Source of the DNA: a virus
DNA: 64,000 nucleotides
Strand: one strand, 5' to 3'
IMG/VR virus record: IMGVR_UViG_3300037420_001736
Coordinates: 1 to 64,000 of that record
This document shows positions 1 through 10,274 of the stretch, piece by piece. The notes under the pieces are model-generated. The model had not been told where the DNA came from. It saw only the letters and a program-made list of their open reading frames with translations, and ran no database searches. Position numbers and translations under genes: made by a program. Positions within the stretch are counted from its first letter, which is position 1; each line of letters begins with the position of its first letter.

Positions 1-1
1 G

Positions 2-1102
2 GCCGCCGGCGGCCAGCCGCAGCGCCAGGTGATCGTCACCGGCCAGGACTACGGCAAGATTTGGCAGATGCTGCAGGTGGTGAATTCGCCGTTCATCGAC
101 CCGGACGCCAACCTGATCACCAGCTTTCCCTTCTTCGCGCGCTTCGGCCTATCGATGCAGACCCAGTACGCCGAGGAGTTCGTGAAGGAGGTGTTCGACA
201 AGGTCGTCAACCCGTACATCGCCAAGATGGGCGCCAAGACCGGCGGCAAGACATCGCCGCTGCTGGCGATCAACACCGGCGGCATCCAGGTACGCGACGG
301 CGTCGTCTCGCCATTCGGCATCGGCGGCTGGCAAGGCGGCACCATCTACAGCCTGCTGGCCGAGCATTGCGACGTCGGCGCCTGGAACGAGCTCTACATC
401 GATGACCGCGAGGATGGTCCCTACGTGGTCTACCGGCCGAACCCGTTCATGACGGCCGACGGCAAGAGCTACGTGATGGACGTGATCGAGGAGCCGACGA
501 TCGTGGAGATCACACGCGGCGACATCATCGCCTCGAAGGTCTCGCGCAGCGATGCCGACGTGGCGAACTACTTCTGGGTGCACGCGCCGCGCTTCGCGCT
601 CAACGCCGACGACACGCTGCGGCTGATGAGCTACGCAGCCAAGCCCGAGGAGGTCTACCAGCAGGGCTACGGCAACAACGACCCCGAGTTCTACGGCATC
701 CGCCGCCTGGAGGACGCCACCCAGCAGGGCGGCCGCGCCGAGACCAACAACGGCAACGGCACGCCAGACGGCGCGCAGCGCACGGTGCAGGTCGATGCCG
801 CACTGCAGTGGATGAACAAGCGCCGCACCCAGCTGCGCGAGATGAACAAGGACAACGTCGTCTTCGAGTCGGGTTCGATGCGACTGAAGGGCAACGAGCG
901 CGTCAAGGCCGGCTGCGTGCTGCGCCTGACGCACGGCAACATGCGCAGCGACTACTACGTGGTCGGCGTGCAGCACGACTACGTGCCCTTCGGCGGCTTC
1001 TTCACCACGGTGCAGGTCGAGCGCGGCACCGGCTTCATCGACCGCGTGCAGAAGGGCAACGGCGTGGCCTCACCCTATTGGGCCGAGCTCGGCGAGGATT
1101 GA
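2..1102 (+). CDS. Baseplate/tail hub-like structural protein (5' partial; frame open to window edge)
   Basis: Track ORF 29..1102. The same frame has no stop back to nt 2. It sits directly upstream of the spike, gp25-like and baseplate-J genes. No diagnostic motif recognised. Confidence 0.5.
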   Translation, partial: AAGGQPQRQVIVTGQDYGKIWQMLQVVNSPFIDPDANLITSFPFFARFGLSMQTQYAEEFVKEVFDKVVNPYIAKMGAKTGGKTSPLLAINTGGIQVRDGVVSPFGIGGWQGGTIYSLLAEHCDVGAWNELYIDDREDGPYVVYRPNPFMTADGKSYVMDVIEEPTIVEITRGDIIASKVSRSDADVANYFWVHAPRFALNADDTLRLMSYAAKPEEVYQQGYGNNDPEFYGIRRLEDATQQGGRAETNNGNGTPDGAQRTVQVDAALQWMNKRRTQLREMNKDNVVFESGSMRLKGNERVKAGCVLRLTHGNMRSDYYVVGVQHDYVPFGGFFTTVQVERGTGFIDRVQKGNGVASPYWAELGED

Positions 1103-1104
1103 CC

Positions 1105-2046
1105 ATGTTCAAGTCCGGGACGGTGGTGGCGGTCTACCCCGAGGGCAATTCGGTGGACGTGCTGCTCGATCGCGACGGCAGCCGGCTGTCGAACGTGCAG
1201 GTGCTGTCGCCGACCGGCAGCAGCAACACTGGCGTGCTGGACCTGCCGGACGTCGGCGGCCCCAGCGACGACAAGCGCTGGGACCCGACCGTGACGCGCG
1301 CGCGCTACGTCAAGGCCATGGTCGGCTTCTGCGACGGCGCGCCGTTCGTGGCCGGCTTCCTGCTGCCGCAGGTCAACCAGATCACCTTCGCCGAGAAAAA
1401 CCGGCGCATCGTGCGCCACGCCAGCGACGTCTACACCAGCGTCGACGACGCCGGCAACGTCGAGGTCTACCACCCCAGCGGCACCTTCCTGCGCATCGCC
1501 ACGGCGGCCGCGCACGAGGACCTGACGGCGAAGGACTATGACAAGAAGTGGGCCATCGCGCGCAACACCGACAAGGCGGTGCACGTGCAGCTGACGGTCA
1601 AGAATGCCGGCGTGCAGAAGGCTTCGCTGAACATCGACCCGTCCGGCAACATCACGCTGGACCACGTCGGCAACCTGACGACGCACACCGGCGGCAACGC
1701 CTCGATCGACATCGACGGCAACGCCACCGTCAACGTCGACGGCAACGCCACGGTCACGGTCGACGGCACCACCGACGTGACGTCGGGCGGCGACGCCACG
1801 GTGACGGCGCCGCAGGTGACGCTGGACACGCCGGAGACCACCTGCACCGGCCACGTGACGATCCAGGGCGGCCTGTCGCTGAGCGGCGGCAGCGGCGGCT
1901 CGACGGCGACCATCACCGGCAACGTCAACGTGGTGGGTGACATCGCCTCGGTGGGTTCGCTCAGCAACAACGCCAAGCTGGTGGGCAGCACGCACACGCA
2001 CAGCGGCGTGCAGACCGGCGGCGGCAACACCGGCGCCCCGAACTGA
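1105..2046 (+). CDS. Baseplate central spike (P2 gpV / Mu gp45-like) with C-terminal beta-helix repeats
   Basis: ATG at 1105, 3 nt after the upstream stop. N-terminus MFKSGTVVAVYPEGNSVDVLL looks OB-fold-like. Repeats GNASIDIDGNATVNVDGNATVTVDGTTDV. Confidence 0.65.
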   Translation: MFKSGTVVAVYPEGNSVDVLLDRDGSRLSNVQVLSPTGSSNTGVLDLPDVGGPSDDKRWDPTVTRARYVKAMVGFCDGAPFVAGFLLPQVNQITFAEKNRRIVRHASDVYTSVDDAGNVEVYHPSGTFLRIATAAAHEDLTAKDYDKKWAIARNTDKAVHVQLTVKNAGVQKASLNIDPSGNITLDHVGNLTTHTGGNASIDIDGNATVNVDGNATVTVDGTTDVTSGGDATVTAPQVTLDTPETTCTGHVTIQGGLSLSGGSGGSTATITGNVNVVGDIASVGSLSNNAKLVGSTHTHSGVQTGGGNTGAPN

Positions 2047-2065
2047 GCGATGTCGTGACGCCACC

Positions 2066-3238
2066 ATGGGCGTCATGGATGTGCGCGCCCCTCAAACGCA
2101 GAAGGCCGAAGCGCGCCCGATCTCTTTCGTGCTGGACGACCAGTCCACGGGGGCGGCCCCGGTCAGCGTCAGCCTGGTGATCCGACCGGAGGACCTGACG
2201 CGCAACGATCGGTCGCGCGTGGCCGTGCAGCAGACCCTCGGCGGGGCCTGGGCTGACAACTTCGGCCCGGGCGTGCCGTCGATCACCATCGCCGGCCACA
2301 CGGGATGGCGCCGCCGCCTGGTGGGCGACGACGAGCGCGACGGCGGGGAGCGCTTCGTGCAGCTGTTCAAGCACGTGTTCACCGACTGGCACACGCTGCG
2401 CAAGGACGCGATCAAGAACGGCCGCGACCCCGACTTGGTGCGCATGGTGTTCGCCGATGCGCTCGACGGCTTCGCGGCGCTGGTGTCGATCGACAGCTTC
2501 GTGCTGCGCCGCTCGAAGCAGCGGCCGCTGCTGAGCCAGTACCAGATCGCCCTGACGGTGCTGTCGGACGACATCGACCAGCTGGCCTACCTGGAGTTCG
2601 GCAGCGGCAACCTCGACAAGCAGGCGCTGGAGGCCGCCGGCCTGGACAGCCTGACGGCGTCGATCAACGAGCTGATCGCCTACGAGCGCGACATCCAGGA
2701 CTACGTCGACCGCACGCTGGTGGTGCCGGTGCGCGACTTCCTGGGCAAGACCGCGCGGCTGTACCAGGCCGTCAGCACCGCCATCAGCACCGGCGACGAG
2801 ATCGCCGGCTCGATGATCGCGGTGGGCCGCATGACGGCCGCCGCCGGCATCAACATTTTCCGCTCGATCAACGCGGTGGCCGAAGTGCCGAGCATCGTGC
2901 GCTCACGCATGATGGAAGTGGCTGGCGCCTACAGCAACGTCTTCTGCGTGCTGCGCAACGCCGTGCAGCAGCAGGAGTTCTACCCCGACTACAACCCGCT
3001 GTTCGGATCGGCCAACTGCTCCAGCACCTCGGGCGGGCGGCCGCTGAGCCCGCTGTCTGGCGTCAACCCGTTCTACCTGTACTCGCCGAACAACCGCGAG
3101 CTGCCGGTGCAGGTGACGGAGAACGCGCAGGTCACGCTGGAGACGCTGGCCTCTGCTGACGTGGTGCTGGCGCCGCCGTCGCAGGCTTCGCTGCTGGGTT
3201 CGCTGTCGCAAATCTCGAATGGGCTGGCGATCGCATGA
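2066..3238 (+). CDS. Tail/baseplate-associated protein of unknown function
   Basis: Internal ATG (MGVMDVRAPQ) of track ORF 1937..3238, placed after the spike stop. High GC3 coding frame. Overlaps the next gene start by 4 nt. Confidence 0.5.
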   Translation: MGVMDVRAPQTQKAEARPISFVLDDQSTGAAPVSVSLVIRPEDLTRNDRSRVAVQQTLGGAWADNFGPGVPSITIAGHTGWRRRLVGDDERDGGERFVQLFKHVFTDWHTLRKDAIKNGRDPDLVRMVFADALDGFAALVSIDSFVLRRSKQRPLLSQYQIALTVLSDDIDQLAYLEFGSGNLDKQALEAAGLDSLTASINELIAYERDIQDYVDRTLVVPVRDFLGKTARLYQAVSTAISTGDEIAGSMIAVGRMTAAAGINIFRSINAVAEVPSIVRSRMMEVAGAYSNVFCVLRNAVQQQEFYPDYNPLFGSANCSSTSGGRPLSPLSGVNPFYLYSPNNRELPVQVTENAQVTLETLASADVVLAPPSQASLLGSLSQISNGLAIA

Positions 3239-3852
3239 GCACGAACCAGCGCCCGCTCTACGGCTTCCGCTTCGTCGAGATCCGACACGGCGACACGCTG
3301 CAGTCGATCGCCGCGCGCGAACTCGGCGACGCCAGCCGCTGGGCTGAGCTGATCGCCTACAACGACCTGGTGCCGCCCTACGTCACCGACGACGCCAGCG
3401 CGGCGGTCAATGGCGTGCTGCTGTCGGGCAACCTGATCCGGCTGCCGGCGCCGGTGCCGGTGGTCAGCACCACCAGCAACCCGGACCAGGTCTTCCAGAG
3501 CGACATCGAGCTCGACGCCGCCGGCGGCCTGGCGCTCAAGGACGGCGACTTCGCTGTCGTCTCCGGCCGCACCAACCTGCGCCAGGCGCTGAAGCACCGC
3601 GTCGAGACCGACCGCGGCGAGCTGATCTTCCACAGCACCTACGGCTCGCTGGTGCGGCGCTTGATCGGCAGCGTCAACGGGCCGACGGCCACGCTGCTGG
3701 CCGCGCAGTACGCGAAGTCGGCGGTGCAGGCGGATCCGCGCATCAAGCAAGTGACCCAGGCTGAGGCCGAGGCGATCGGCGACACGATCCGCGTGAGCAT
3801 CGAGGCCGAGCCGGTCGTCGGCCGTGTGGTCGAGCTGAGCGCGGACCTGTAA
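3235..3852 (+). CDS. LysM-domain plus gp25/GPW-like baseplate wedge protein
   Basis: LysM-like FRFVEIRHGDTLQSIAARELGDASRWAELIAYNDL. C-terminal gp25-like LRQALKHRVETDRGELIFHSTYGSLVRRLIG. Confidence 0.7.
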   Translation: MSTNQRPLYGFRFVEIRHGDTLQSIAARELGDASRWAELIAYNDLVPPYVTDDASAAVNGVLLSGNLIRLPAPVPVVSTTSNPDQVFQSDIELDAAGGLALKDGDFAVVSGRTNLRQALKHRVETDRGELIFHSTYGSLVRRLIGSVNGPTATLLAAQYAKSAVQADPRIKQVTQAEAEAIGDTIRVSIEAEPVVGRVVELSADL

Positions 3853-3860
3853 GGACCACC

Positions 3861-4985
3861 ATGGCATTCCAGATCCGCGACTTCCGCTCGATCGTCGCCG
3901 GCTGCATCAATTGGATGAAGTCGACGACGACGAAGATCAACGACTACAACGTCGGCTCCGTCGCGCGCACGATCATCGAGGCGCCAGCGGCCGAGATGGA
4001 CGAGCTGTACCAGAACATCCTGATCGGCCTCAAGGAGGCGATTCCCGTCTCCGTCTACACCACCTTCGGCTTCGATCGCATCCCGGCCGAGGCCGCCAGC
4101 GGCGTGGTGCGCTTTTCCACCGGCGGCCCGCTGGCGACGGCGCCGATCGTGATCCAGCTGGGCACGGTGGTGCGGATCTCGGCCACCACGACGCCGTACG
4201 CGACGCTGGCCGCCGGCACCATCCAGATCGGCCAGTCCTACGTCGACATCCTGGTGTCAGCGCAAAGCGCCGGCGTGTCCGGCAACTGCGACGCCGGCGC
4301 GATCGACGAGCTGGTCAGCTCGATCACCGGCATCAACAGCGTCACCAATCCGTCGCCGCTGATCAACGGCCGCGACGAGGAGACCGACGACCAGCGTCGC
4401 ACGCGCTTTCGCGGCTATATCTCGACGCTGGCGCGCGGCACCAAGACCGCGGTCGAGTACGGCGCCAAGACCGCCAAGCTGGTCGACGCCAACGGCCTCA
4501 TCACCGAATACGTCGCCCATGCGTCGGTGATCGAGCCCTACGTGACCGACAGCACGCAGCCGATCAGCCTGGTCGACGTCTACGTCCACAACGGCGCCTC
4601 CGCGACATCGACCGAGCTGGTGGCCGAGGCGCAGCGGGTGGTCGACGGCTACTACGACGATGCCGGCAAGGCGGTGCCTGGCTGGAAGGCCGCCGGCGTC
4701 AAGTGCGTCGTCTCCGCGGCCTCCGACAAGGCGATCACGGTGACCGGCAACCTGACGGTGCAGACGGGCTACGTCGAGGCCGACGCGATCGCGGCCGCAA
4801 CGAATGCCGTGAAGGCCTACATCCAGGGCCTGGGCGTTGGCGAGACGGTGGTGCTGGCCGAGCTCATCGCGATCATCAAGCGCGACATCGTCGGGGTCTA
4901 CAACATCACGCTGAGCGCGCCGCTGGCCGACGTCACCTGCGCCATCAACGAGAAGGCCATTCCTGGCACGGTGACGCTGACATGA
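3861..4985 (+). CDS. Baseplate J-like protein
   Basis: 374 aa. N-terminus DYNVGSVARTIIEAPAAEMDELY is typical of the Baseplate_J family. Positioned after the gp25-like gene. Confidence 0.75.
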   Translation: MAFQIRDFRSIVAGCINWMKSTTTKINDYNVGSVARTIIEAPAAEMDELYQNILIGLKEAIPVSVYTTFGFDRIPAEAASGVVRFSTGGPLATAPIVIQLGTVVRISATTTPYATLAAGTIQIGQSYVDILVSAQSAGVSGNCDAGAIDELVSSITGINSVTNPSPLINGRDEETDDQRRTRFRGYISTLARGTKTAVEYGAKTAKLVDANGLITEYVAHASVIEPYVTDSTQPISLVDVYVHNGASATSTELVAEAQRVVDGYYDDAGKAVPGWKAAGVKCVVSAASDKAITVTGNLTVQTGYVEADAIAAATNAVKAYIQGLGVGETVVLAELIAIIKRDIVGVYNITLSAPLADVTCAINEKAIPGTVTLT

Positions 4986-6661
4986 AGCTGACCGAGAAGC
5001 TGATCGGCTACCTGAACCGCGTGTTCGACAAGAACCCGGCGCAGGTGCTGGCGCTGCGGCTGCGCTACGACGGCTCGGCGATGACCTGGAGCATCGCCGA
5101 CGGCGTGCTGCGCACCAGCGTGACCGGCGGCAGCGGCACCGGCCTGGTGGTCGAGCTGTCGCGCTTCAGCGTCGCCGAGCTGGGCGTGTTCCTGGCCGCG
5201 CAGCCTGGCTATTCGGTCCCCTACCAGGACCTGACGACGTTTTCGGGCCTGTCGGCGCTGGTGCTGCTCGACGGCGATGGTGACCAGGACGCCTCGAACG
5301 GTGACCACCTGCACGGCTACACCTCGGTGCTGTGGTCCTACATGGAATCGGTCGCCAACGAGCTGACGCTGATCCGCACCGCGATCCAGGAGGCGCTGCT
5401 GCAGATGGCCGCGCCGACCGCGACCGCGGAATGGGTCGACGAGCACGGCGGCTACTACAACGTCGAGCGCATCGACGGCGAGACGGACTCCAACTACGCG
5501 CGCCGCATCGTGGTCGAGGTGCTGCGCGCGCGCGGCAACAACGTGGCGATCGGCGAGGCGCTGAAGGCCGCCGTCGGCGCCGACGCGGCCTACCTCACCG
5601 ACTACGGCACCATCACCGTCGCCGGCGACGGCACCAAGAGCTACGGCCTGTTCGATGTCACGGTGGAGTCCGGCACCGACATCGAGATGGCCGAGCAGGA
5701 GGACGTGATGGTGCGCGCCATCATCGAGTCGCTGCGCGACGCCGGCACGCACCTGCGCAAGCTGAAGTACATCCGCAAGAACCCGTGGTTTGTCTATGTC
5801 GGTGCGGCGCTTCGCTACGGCGTCGATGCGACCGTCTTCATGCCGTCGTCGACGCCGTCCGTGCTGCAGGGCGCGACCATCGTTGCCTCCACGCGCAAGC
5901 TGATCCAGACCGCGACCAGGAGCTTCCAGGCCAAGAGCGGCGCCACGGGGCTGACGTTCGATGTCCCGTTCTCAGGCGATGTTGCTGATTCTGCGGCCCT
6001 GATGGCATGGCTTGGAGCAACGGCGACAGCAACAGTGCCGATTTTCTATAACCAGGCGAACCCATCTAACAATCTAATTCCTGTTGGCGTGAGTGCACCC
6101 AGCTGCGTCACCTTCTCCAATACCTATGAAGGTGGTGTTCGTTGCTTACGAACCGGCAATGGCGCTCTAAAGTCTGTGCTCGCCAGCGGCGTGTTGTCGG
6201 CCTTCACGGTCTACATCAAGGGGCGCGTCAACGACCACATCACCGGCGGCGTCTATACGCTGCTCCAGCAAGGGTCTGCATTCGGCAGCGGCGACCGTTT
6301 CACGTCATATCAAAACTGGGAAGACAACGACCATTGGGCATGCGTTGCATATCGCTCCACCGGCGCGAAATACGGCAAAGGCATTTCTGTTGGCTCTGTT
6401 GGCGCCACCGAAAGCTATTGCATCACGTTCGACTTGGCAGGTTCGCCGCAGGTGCGTGTCTGGAAAAACGGTGTCGAGCAGACCACTCCCACATACGGCG
6501 CGAGCCCATCCCTGGTGGCGGCGTTGGCCGCCCATTTCTGGTCCTTCGGTGCCGCCGTCGACGCAAGCAATTGCTCCAACCACGTGTTCACCGACATCGT
6601 GGTCTTCGAGACGGCAAAAACGCCGACGCAAATTGCCGCCCTCTTTGCACTGCTAGGCTGA
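4982..6661 (+). CDS. Baseplate/tail-fiber adaptor protein with lower-GC C-terminal module
   Basis: ATGA overlap with the baseplate J stop (MKLTEKLIGYLNRV). 559 aa. The C-terminal ~230 aa (about 5950-6661) has visibly lower GC. Confidence 0.55.
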   Translation: MKLTEKLIGYLNRVFDKNPAQVLALRLRYDGSAMTWSIADGVLRTSVTGGSGTGLVVELSRFSVAELGVFLAAQPGYSVPYQDLTTFSGLSALVLLDGDGDQDASNGDHLHGYTSVLWSYMESVANELTLIRTAIQEALLQMAAPTATAEWVDEHGGYYNVERIDGETDSNYARRIVVEVLRARGNNVAIGEALKAAVGADAAYLTDYGTITVAGDGTKSYGLFDVTVESGTDIEMAEQEDVMVRAIIESLRDAGTHLRKLKYIRKNPWFVYVGAALRYGVDATVFMPSSTPSVLQGATIVASTRKLIQTATRSFQAKSGATGLTFDVPFSGDVADSAALMAWLGATATATVPIFYNQANPSNNLIPVGVSAPSCVTFSNTYEGGVRCLRTGNGALKSVLASGVLSAFTVYIKGRVNDHITGGVYTLLQQGSAFGSGDRFTSYQNWEDNDHWACVAYRSTGAKYGKGISVGSVGATESYCITFDLAGSPQVRVWKNGVEQTTPTYGASPSLVAALAAHFWSFGAAVDASNCSNHVFTDIVVFETAKTPTQIAALFALLG

Positions 6662-6665
6662 AACC

Positions 6666-8024
6666 ATGTCGACCTATCTGACCATTCATACCAATTACGG
6701 TCTGGCGGCACTGGCGGCCGCCGAGTCCTCCGGCATCCCGATCAACCTGACGCACATGGCGGTGGGCGACGGCAACGGCTCGCCTGTCACGCCGGACCCG
6801 GCGATGACGTCGCTGGTCCACGAGCGCTTTCGCACCACCATCAACCTGGTGCAGCAGGACCCGGCGAATCCGAACATTTTCTACGTCGAGATGCTGATCC
6901 CGGCCGACACCGGCGGCTGGACCATCCGCGAGTTCGGCATCTTCGATGACACCGGCGCGCTGTTCGCGGTCGGCAACTTCCCAGCCACCTACAAGACCGT
7001 GCCGACCGATGGCGCCAGCAGCGACATGGTGCTGCGCGCCACCATCGAGGTCTCCAACGCCAGCGTCATCACGCTGGTGATCGACCCGGCCGTGGTGATC
7101 GCCTCGCGCGCCTGGGTGCTGGCGACGGTCACCAAGTGCTGGCTGCTGCCTGGCGGCACCACCGGCCAGGTGCTGCGCAAGGTCAGCAACACCTGCGGCG
7201 ACACCGAGTGGGCCGACCCGACCGCGGTCAACGTCATCGTCAACGTGGTGCAGGAGATCCAGAGCGTCACCGCGAACCCGCAGCTGACGTTCACGATGGC
7301 GACCTGCACGACGCTGGGCCTGTCGGTGCACGTCGGCGGCGCGCTGATCCCCAAGCGGGCCGGTGCCGGCGGCTGGCAGCAAGGCGCCAACAACACGCAG
7401 GTGGTGCTCGGCACGCAGTATCCGATCGGCACCGAGATCGTGTTCCTGCAGAACGAGCCGGCCAACAGCCTGCCCGAGCCGCTGGACCAGAGCCTGAACC
7501 TGTCGGACCTGGAGAACGTCGCCGTCGCGCGCAACAACATCGACGTCTACAGCAGGACCGAGACCAAGACCTTCGCACCCGTTGGCGAGGTCGCGTTCTT
7601 CGCCCGCGGCTCGGCGCCATCGGGCTGGCTGAAGTGCAACGGAGCGAACATCAGCCGGACAACGTACGCCGACCTGTTTGCCGTCATGGGAACCACCTTC
7701 GGCGTCGGCGATGGCAGCACGACGTTTGCGTTGCCTGACTTGCGCGGCGAGTTCCTGCGCGGCCTGGACGACGGGCGTGGCGTCGATGCCGGGCGCACGC
7801 TGGGCGGCTGGCAGGTCGACGACTTCAAGAGCCACAACCACACTGGCAGCACCTACAAGTACCTGCTCAAGCCGCCGTACGGTGGCTCGCTCACCGGCTT
7901 CGACACCTCCGGCAGCGGCACCGAGCAGGCGGTCGGCAATGGCGACGGCGGCCAGATGATCAACGTCGGTGGCACCGAAACGCGCCCGCGCAACGTCGCG
8001 TTGCTGGCGTGCATCAAGTATTGA
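6666..8024 (+). CDS. Tail fiber protein (P2 gpH-like N-terminus, C-terminal tail-collar domain)
   Basis: N-terminus YGLAALAAAESSGIPINLTHMAVGDGNG...IREFGIFDDTGALFAV. C-terminal collar motif WLKCNGANISRTTYADLFAVMGTTFGVGDGSTTFALPDLRGEFLRG. Confidence 0.8.
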   Translation: MSTYLTIHTNYGLAALAAAESSGIPINLTHMAVGDGNGSPVTPDPAMTSLVHERFRTTINLVQQDPANPNIFYVEMLIPADTGGWTIREFGIFDDTGALFAVGNFPATYKTVPTDGASSDMVLRATIEVSNASVITLVIDPAVVIASRAWVLATVTKCWLLPGGTTGQVLRKVSNTCGDTEWADPTAVNVIVNVVQEIQSVTANPQLTFTMATCTTLGLSVHVGGALIPKRAGAGGWQQGANNTQVVLGTQYPIGTEIVFLQNEPANSLPEPLDQSLNLSDLENVAVARNNIDVYSRTETKTFAPVGEVAFFARGSAPSGWLKCNGANISRTTYADLFAVMGTTFGVGDGSTTFALPDLRGEFLRGLDDGRGVDAGRTLGGWQVDDFKSHNHTGSTYKYLLKPPYGGSLTGFDTSGSGTEQAVGNGDGGQMINVGGTETRPRNVALLACIKY

Positions 8025-8030
8025 GGCCCC

Positions 8031-8327
8031 ATGAACACCAAGACCGTTTACCAGGCCGATCGCCAGGGGTGGTTCCTCGGCGAGGTGGAGGCCGACGAAA
8101 GCCCGCTGGAAGAAGGCGTCTTCCTGATCCCGGCCGGCGCCCACGAGGATGCGCCGCCGGCGCGCGAGAGCTGGCCGGAGGGCCAGCTGCCGCGCCGCAC
8201 ACCGCATGGCTGGGTGATGATGTCGCTGCCGGTGCAGGACGAGCCCACACCCACCGAGAAGCTGGCCGCCTTCTTGGCGTCGCATCCTGACGTGGCCGCT
8301 CTGATCAACAACCAGGGAGGCGTATGA
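8031..8327 (+). CDS. Tail fiber assembly chaperone-like protein
   Basis: 98 aa immediately after the fiber gene. YQADRQGWFLGEVEADESPLEEGVFLIPAG resembles gpG/Tfa-type chaperone N-termini. Confidence 0.5.
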   Translation: MNTKTVYQADRQGWFLGEVEADESPLEEGVFLIPAGAHEDAPPARESWPEGQLPRRTPHGWVMMSLPVQDEPTPTEKLAAFLASHPDVAALINNQGGV

Positions 8328-8866
8328 ACCTGCTGGACTTCTGGATGGGCATGACGGGCGTGGTGCTGCCGTTCGCTGGCGGCACGGCGCCGAGCGGCTG
8401 GCTGCTGTGCTACGGCCAGTCGCTGCTGCGCTCCGACTACCCGGAGCTGTTCGCTGCCATCGGCACGACCTACGGCTCGGCCGACGGCACGCACTTCAAC
8501 GTGCCGGACCTGCGCGGCCGCTACGCTGCCGGCAAGGACAACATGGGCGGCACGGCGGCCAGCCGCCTGGTAGCCAACGTCGCCGGCGGCATCACCGCAT
8601 CCGATGGGCAGACGCTGGGCAAGAGCGGCGGCGTTGCCACGCACACGCTGACCGCGGCCGAGCTGCCGGCGCACCAACACTACGTCGGCGTGGATTCCGG
8701 CATCACGCAGGGCGCCGGCGTCAACCGCATCGGCAGCGGTGGCGGCGCCACCACCTCGACGGCCGAGGCCACCAGCGTCAACGCCATCACCAGCGCCGTC
8801 GGCTCCGACGCCGCGCACAACAATCTGCCGCCACTGCTGGTGCTGAACTACATCATCAAGGCCTGA
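8324..8866 (+). CDS. Phage tail-collar domain protein (second short fiber)
   Basis: GTAPSGWLLCYGQSLLRSDYPELFAAIGTTYGSADGTHFNVPDLRGRYAAG is a classic tail-collar motif. Confidence 0.75.
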   Translation: MNLLDFWMGMTGVVLPFAGGTAPSGWLLCYGQSLLRSDYPELFAAIGTTYGSADGTHFNVPDLRGRYAAGKDNMGGTAASRLVANVAGGITASDGQTLGKSGGVATHTLTAAELPAHQHYVGVDSGITQGAGVNRIGSGGGATTSTAEATSVNAITSAVGSDAAHNNLPPLLVLNYIIKA

Positions 8867-8886
8867 AGCGCAGCGCTTAGCACACC

Positions 8887-8912
8887 AGCCCCGGACCCTC
8901 CGGGGCTTTTTT
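8887..8912 (+). terminator. Rho-independent terminator after the tail fiber operon
   Basis: AGCCCCGGA-ccc-TCCGGGGCT hairpin followed by TTTTT. Confidence 0.7.
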
Positions 8913-8962
8913 GTGTCGTGACGTGAGACTTCACTGCGTCGCAACGCCAGTCCCCTGCTCAC

Positions 8963-9319
8963 ATGGACAAGCTCAACGCATGGATCGATGCCTTCCAGGT
9001 GCTGCTTGGAAAGGCCGGGCGGCTGGGCGCGCTCTTTGACAAGAGCGCCTGGCTGCTGATGCTGCCGGCGCTCGGCGCGCTCTACGCCACCGACGAGGCG
9101 CTGACCAAGACGCTGGTGCAGTGGTGCACCTTCGCGATGGTGCTGGCGGGCGCGGCGATCATCATCTCGCGCGTCACGTTCCCGCAGATCGATCTCACCG
9201 CGATGGTCGAGAAGGTCAAGAGCGAGAACAGCATGCCGGCGGCGGTGCTGTGCCTGGCCGTCGTCATCTTCGTGTCCTCGCTGATGATCGCCCTCGTGAT
9301 GTGGGCCAAGGGCACGTGA
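8963..9319 (+). CDS. Holin-like membrane protein
   Basis: 118 aa with about 3 hydrophobic segments. Lies directly upstream of, and overlaps (GTGA), the endolysin gene. Confidence 0.5.
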   Translation: MDKLNAWIDAFQVLLGKAGRLGALFDKSAWLLMLPALGALYATDEALTKTLVQWCTFAMVLAGAAIIISRVTFPQIDLTAMVEKVKSENSMPAAVLCLAVVIFVSSLMIALVMWAKGT

Positions 9320-10032
9320 AGCCGCTGCGGGCGCTGCTGCTGGCCGTCGCGCTGTTCGCGCGCGGCTGCTGGCCCGCTCCGGTGCCGGCGGCCGAGCTGC
9401 CGCCGCAGGCCGCGCAGCACCTGCCGACGCTGCGCGCCGTGCAGCTGCAGGTCTGGCCCGATGCGCCGCTGCCGTCGTTCCTGGCCGCGCAGGTCGAGCA
9501 GGAGAGCTGCATCACGCTGAAGCACCCACGCTGCTGGAATCCGCGCGTAGAGCTCAAGACCAGCCGCGAATACGGCTTCGGCCTCGGCCAGGTGACGATC
9601 GCCTACAACGCCGACGGCAGCGTGCGTTTCGACCGCTGGAGCGAGCTGCGCGCGCAGCACGCCAGCCTGTCCGGCTGGACCTGGGCCAACCGCTTCGAGC
9701 CGCGCTACCAGCTCACCGCGCTGGTCGAGATGGACCACGGCATCTACCGGCGCGTCGCCGGCGCCGCCAGCGCGCGCGAGCGCCTGGCGATGACGCTGGC
9801 GGCCTACAACGGCGGCGAGGGCGGCCTGCGCCAGGACCGCCTGCTATGCCGCAACACGCTCGGCTGCGACCCGGCCCACTGGTTCGGACACGTCGAGCGC
9901 AACTCCCTCAAGAGCCGGCAGCCCTTCAAGGGCTACGGCAAATCAGCCTTCGAGATCAACCGCGAGTACCCACCCAACGTGCTGGACCTGCGGCGTCCGA
10001 AGTACGAGCCATTTTTCAGGGAGCAGCCGTAG
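9316..10032 (+). CDS. SLT-type lytic transglycosylase endolysin with N-terminal signal/anchor
   Basis: GTG start overlapping the upstream stop. VKPLRALLLAVALFARGC is signal-like. SLT catalytic region AAQVEQESCITL...EYGFGLGQVT. Confidence 0.7.
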   Translation: MKPLRALLLAVALFARGCWPAPVPAAELPPQAAQHLPTLRAVQLQVWPDAPLPSFLAAQVEQESCITLKHPRCWNPRVELKTSREYGFGLGQVTIAYNADGSVRFDRWSELRAQHASLSGWTWANRFEPRYQLTALVEMDHGIYRRVAGAASARERLAMTLAAYNGGEGGLRQDRLLCRNTLGCDPAHWFGHVERNSLKSRQPFKGYGKSAFEINREYPPNVLDLRRPKYEPFFREQP

Positions 10033-10274
10033 TGCCGGATCAAGCCACCATGGTGGTTGTCACCACCCTCTTGGGCATCGTGCTCGCCGGCGTCAGCTGG
10101 TGGGTCAAGAACATTTGGGCGATGGTCACCAGCCAGCAAGAGCAGATCACGAAGCTGAACATCGAGCTCGCGAAGAACTACGCCACGCGCTCGGAGTTCC
10201 AGGCCACCGTCGACAAGATTTTCGACAAGCTCGACGAGATCCAGCGCGAGATGCGCAACACCACCCGGGCATAG
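10032..10274 (+). CDS. Membrane-anchored coiled-coil lysis-cassette protein
   Basis: One TM segment (VVVTTLLGIVLAGVSWWV) followed by a coiled coil. GTG at 10032 or ATG at 10050. Confidence 0.45.
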   Translation: MPDQATMVVVTTLLGIVLAGVSWWVKNIWAMVTSQQEQITKLNIELAKNYATRSEFQATVDKIFDKLDEIQREMRNTTRA

